A stretch of DNA of 64,000 nt from Macrostomum hystrix (lineage: Eukaryota > Animalia > Platyhelminthes). The DNA is taken from positions 3,534,001 through 3,598,000 of the forward strand of contig CATNEN010000001.1 in assembly GCA_950097015.1 (NCBI GenBank), written 5' to 3'. A model generated the notes under the pieces. That model was not told the DNA's origin. It ran no database searches and was given only the letters and a program-made list of their open reading frames with translations. This document shows positions 60,062-64,000 of this stretch, one piece after another (the stretch's first letter is position 1; every line of letters begins with the position of its first letter). A program made the position numbers and the translations under genes.

Positions 60062-61500
60062 TTAATCCACATCTGAGATCGGCGAAATGTACCGCACAGA
60101 TCTGTGTGTCTTGTCTCTTGGCTCTTGGCTCTGGTCTCTTGATCTTGGTCTTCGTCTTCTAGTCTCTTGGTCTCTTGATCTTGGTCTTCGTGTTTTCTCT
60201 CGGTCTTGGTCGCTTCTACCAAAATCTGTTCCTCCTTCTGCACATGCACCTGAGAGGCTACGGCATTCATTGAGAGCAACCTTGATGCAGGCAGCTATGG
60301 TTTTCTCAATGATCTGATGGTCAAGCTTGTCGTCAGCAGCAATAGCACAGTCTTTAATGAAGTCCTCAAGTACTCCTTTGAACTTGAGTTTGCCATTTAG
60401 TCCATTGCGATTAAAGCGAGAGAGAAACGAAGATGAAAAAAGTGCTTTTAACATTCGACGAACCGAATCTGCTCCAAACTTTCCAGCATGCCGAACCAAA
60501 AGTGTCTTGATTTGCGAAGCAAATTGTTTGTCTTGAAGATTATTAAGAAACAGGTTTAATTGCTCTTCTGTGAATATACGTTCCAACTCTACTGTCTCCT
60601 CCATGGAAAAAGCAGCTGCACTTGACTGCTCAAGTCGGGAAATGCGAGCATTTAGTTGCTGAAATTGAAAATTCACAGTGCTCTCTAAAGTCGTTAACTT
60701 TTTTAATGTAATAGCAGAGAGAAATGTCGCTGGATCATTTTCATTCGGCTGAACTCCATGTCGCCTAGCCATCCTGTACACATTGCCAAGATTGAATAAG
60801 AACGATTCTGGCATTGGACTAGATGGTATAGTTGGACTGTTTGTCAATTCTTGCAAATGGCTCCTAGATGACGATGGCATAAGATGTGGACTGCGCTGAG
60901 CACAACCAGACGTTTTTTGGATAGCCGGATGATTGGATTGTAGTAAGCTGCGTGCACCTTAAGAAACACCTTGAGAAACAGAATCAGGTACTTCTTCCAG
61001 CAAAGCTTTGCATGGCAAAGGTGGCAAAGGATGTTCCAGCTCGGGGTCTGGAGTAGGTGTTGATGGGCATTCCTGGTGTGACAATTGAAAAGCCTGGCTC
61101 ATGCAAACTTCAGGATCGCCATCAGTTTCAGCGCCATCAGTGATGAAATGGTCCAAAGGCTGGTGTCGAAAACGCTTATTTGGATCAGGAAATCTTTCGA
61201 TGTATTCAATTTCATGCAACATGCGTTCAATTGGCCATTTTTATAAGTCTTATGCTGAGCTAGATGATCCCGACAAGTCTTTAATGATTGATAGTCATTT
61301 CCACACTGGAAAATGATTGCAGACTGTTCAACTCCATCAGACGTGGCCGTCACGATTGTCTTCTGAGATGGATTCACCTTTAGGGATTTGTACTTCGTTT
61401 CATTCCAATCAATACATGCATCTCTTGAAACAATTTCAAAAGTTTTATCACTTATGAAAAACACCAGTAGGAATTTGCATTGTTCAAATTGAATGATCAT
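60062..61500 (-). pseudogene. EnSpm accessory ORF (DUF4806/BEN-like C-terminal domain) with one frameshift and one in-frame stop
   Basis: Three ORF pieces join through a 1-nt shift at the A5 run (61238-61242) and TAA at 60961-60959. N-terminal FLLVFFISDKTFEIV and C-terminal DSVRRMLKALFSSSFLSRFNRNGLNGKLKF fit this class of accessory ORF. Confidence 0.65.
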
Positions 61501-62340
61501 CTGAAATAAGAAATAATCCATATATTGGACTTTAGATAACATGTTTATGTGGCTTTTGACTCCCACTTACAAACTTTTCTTTCTTTAATTCCCATAGTCT
61601 TCTCCTCCCCTTTCAACCACTTATATTGTTTTATCTTTTATATCTGCTTTTCTAATTTATATCTATTATTCTTTTCCAATCCCTGTATTTCCTTGTCTTA
61701 GAATCTTACATAAACTGACTATTAAGGAAGAAAATCCTTAATACTACTAATACTTAATATTATATATTATAGAATATCTTCCCAATTGGTATAGTATTAT
61801 GTACTTGTAGATAATGCTGTTCCTAGTCTTATCCACAGTAAACTAATAAAATGGACTGCTTTTTGTTGATATATGAAAATAATGTCTCTCTTTAACCACA
61901 TGCTATACTTGCAATATATTAAAAGTTTATAATGCACATTATTATATACTGCACTGCATATTTACTGCTTTTGCTATACTTAATAACATATCAATATAAA
62001 AAATAAACAAGTAGAATTTTAAAAGCCATAATAAAGTGCCTCCAAAAAACTTTAGTAAAAATAAGAAACTATGATAGAAAATATATATTTAACACAATTA
62101 TCACATTTAATATAGCTAGATAAATGGTTATTAATTCAAATTTTTTGCTTATAGAATTTGCCTTTATATACTATTATATTATATTTTTAATTTTTTTGGT
62201 GACCAAATAAATCCTACTAAATGAAAATAAATTGGCACTTTATAGCTAAACTAGTAATTTAATAATTTTAAATGCCTAGGATATAATGCCTAGGTTTATT
62301 TTTTGAGCCAAATAGGGTTTTTTGGCCCCTTGAAAATCTC

Positions 62341-62720
62341 ATTGGCAATTGGATTTTTGGCATCAGAGGCCAATCTAGCAACTTCATTTTCTTGTGCCAG
62401 TTGCCACCTAGGTTTTTTGTCCAAAATCTAGTTGCCAATTGCCATCCTCAGTTGTCAACTGGCAACTGACCTATTTCAGTGACCCAGTTCAAAATCATAT
62501 GCAAATCACAATACAACAAAACAACTTTATAAAGTTGCTTTAGCAACAATTTTCACACATTGACAAAAAATAATATGCTTGAATCAGCTCAGGCTTAAGT
62601 TTTTCAGCCAAGCCAATCTTAGCAGTAATAAAATGTGACAGACTGTTTTATCATTGGCAACTGCCTTAGTTCAAATTGGTTGCTAGATTGGCCTCTGATG
62701 CCACAAATCCAGTTGCCAAT
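62341..62720. repeat. 42-bp inverted repeat pair within a TTGCCA/TGGCAA-rich foldback-like region
   Basis: 62341-62382 is the reverse complement of 62679-62720 with 2 mismatches. Confidence 0.75.
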
Positions 62721-63417
62721 GGTTTTTTGGGTAGCCAGTGGCTACCATATAGCCTAAAAAAACCCAGGTTGCCACTTTCAGAAAAAGATTTTGCAAGTAT
62801 AATAAAAATGCCATATGAATTTAAGTTGTAGCAAATACAAAATTGCAGAAATTGACAATTTAAATGTTAATTCAATAACAAATCCCAAACAGTCTTATTC
62901 ACATATTCATACAGTGCAAACATGTTTTGATAAGCCTTAGAAATATCTATCCTCAAGAATGTGGCTAGTTGCCAGTGGCCAACCAAAAATAGCCATTGGC
63001 AACTGGATTTTGAACCTTAAAGGGCCAGCTGACAATTGGATTTCTAACCTTAAAAAACCTTGGCTTTAATACAGAGTAAATTAAGGGCCTATTCATTAGG
63101 CCTAAATTATAAATATAAAAGTTTAAACCTGTTTTATGCCTTATACAATATATTATAGCTATGTCTATAACCTAAAATTACAATGAATAATTAGATAGGT
63201 ACTAAAATAGTTATGATGGAAAAAGCCTAGGCCCCTATTGTCTGATTTCAACATAATTTGGTTCATTGATTTGTTCAAAACTTAACGTTAGTTTTATACC
63301 TTTTTTGACAACCATATATGTAATTGTTTGCTATTTGCAATATAAACTACAAGGAATAGTATTATAATATCATATTTTAACAGCAATATATACAACAAAG
63401 CAACTAAAAACTGGTGC

Positions 63418-63702
63418 ATAGGGTAATGTCTTATCAACCAAACAAGAATGTGTATTTTTTTTAACTTCAAACCTAAGCTACTGATTTTCTATTTAAGATA
63501 TGATGATAAACTAAAAGCCAAGTTATAGAAAACAGTTATATCTTTCTAAAAAGAAACTGCTTTTGCTATTTTATTAAATAGAAAACAGTTAGGCCTATTC
63601 CTGCTTTTTATCTAAAACCAAACAATGATTTTCATGTCTTCAAACCAAACAGAAAATTTTATGTTTGGTTTTAAAATTTGAGTGAGTGGTTTAATCTTAT
63701 TT
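63418..63702 (+). repeat. Second copy of the 54479-54760 dispersed repeat
   Basis: Direct sequence similarity. Confidence 0.85.
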
Positions 63703-64000
63703 TAAGGAGTGAACTATCATGAATTATGTAATTTGAAAGCATTTTTCGTGCTCTATAAAATTATAAATAACTACATTTATGGTCATTTAATTGGCAAGCA
63801 ACCACGAACCACATACAATCTTTGTCTAAAGTATATACTGAAAAAATGTTGTTAAAAAGTATGCTTTTGCAATAAAAATTCTACTAAAACATCAATATCT
63901 TTCTTTCCTCTTAATGCTTCATTGCACATCATGCCTCAGCTTGTAGATAATTTCTTTAACTTTCAAATTAGTTGTTTTGTGAAACACAATAGCTTGTATC

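Noticed and set aside
36020-60961. Reassignment of TAA/TAG to Gln
   Set aside because: TAA ends the Hes gene right after WRPW and the SET gene after PWLQS, and TAG ends the mariner ORF at its normal position, so these are real stops.

Overview
This is eukaryotic (animal-like, intron-containing) DNA that is almost entirely repeats and transposons; the species cannot be established from the sequence. The only clear host-type gene is a short intronless Hairy/E(spl) bHLH-WRPW gene (3238-3606). It is followed by a 25-bp satellite and a spliced Sola2-type DDD transposase gene with an intact mariner apparently in its intron. Next is a 21.3-kb KDZ (Kyakuja-Dileera-Zisupton) element (16997-38318) with about 1.3-kb near-identical TIRs and a 7-8 bp TSD. 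It holds two convergent multi-exon genes (HMG-box-like protein and KDZ transposase) and a 7-kb satellite that grew out of one TIR. This element sits upstream of a second KDZ transposase gene (39842-42289). The most unusual structure follows that gene: three near-identical non-coding modules of about 0.45-0.68 kb, each followed by a different, highly diverged double-C2H2 zinc-finger gene. The first of these genes is spliced to a SETD8/PR-Set7-like SET domain. The rest holds minisatellites, MITEs, a hAT remnant and an EnSpm/CACTA-type element. Splice models and family assignments were made by eye and need confirmation.
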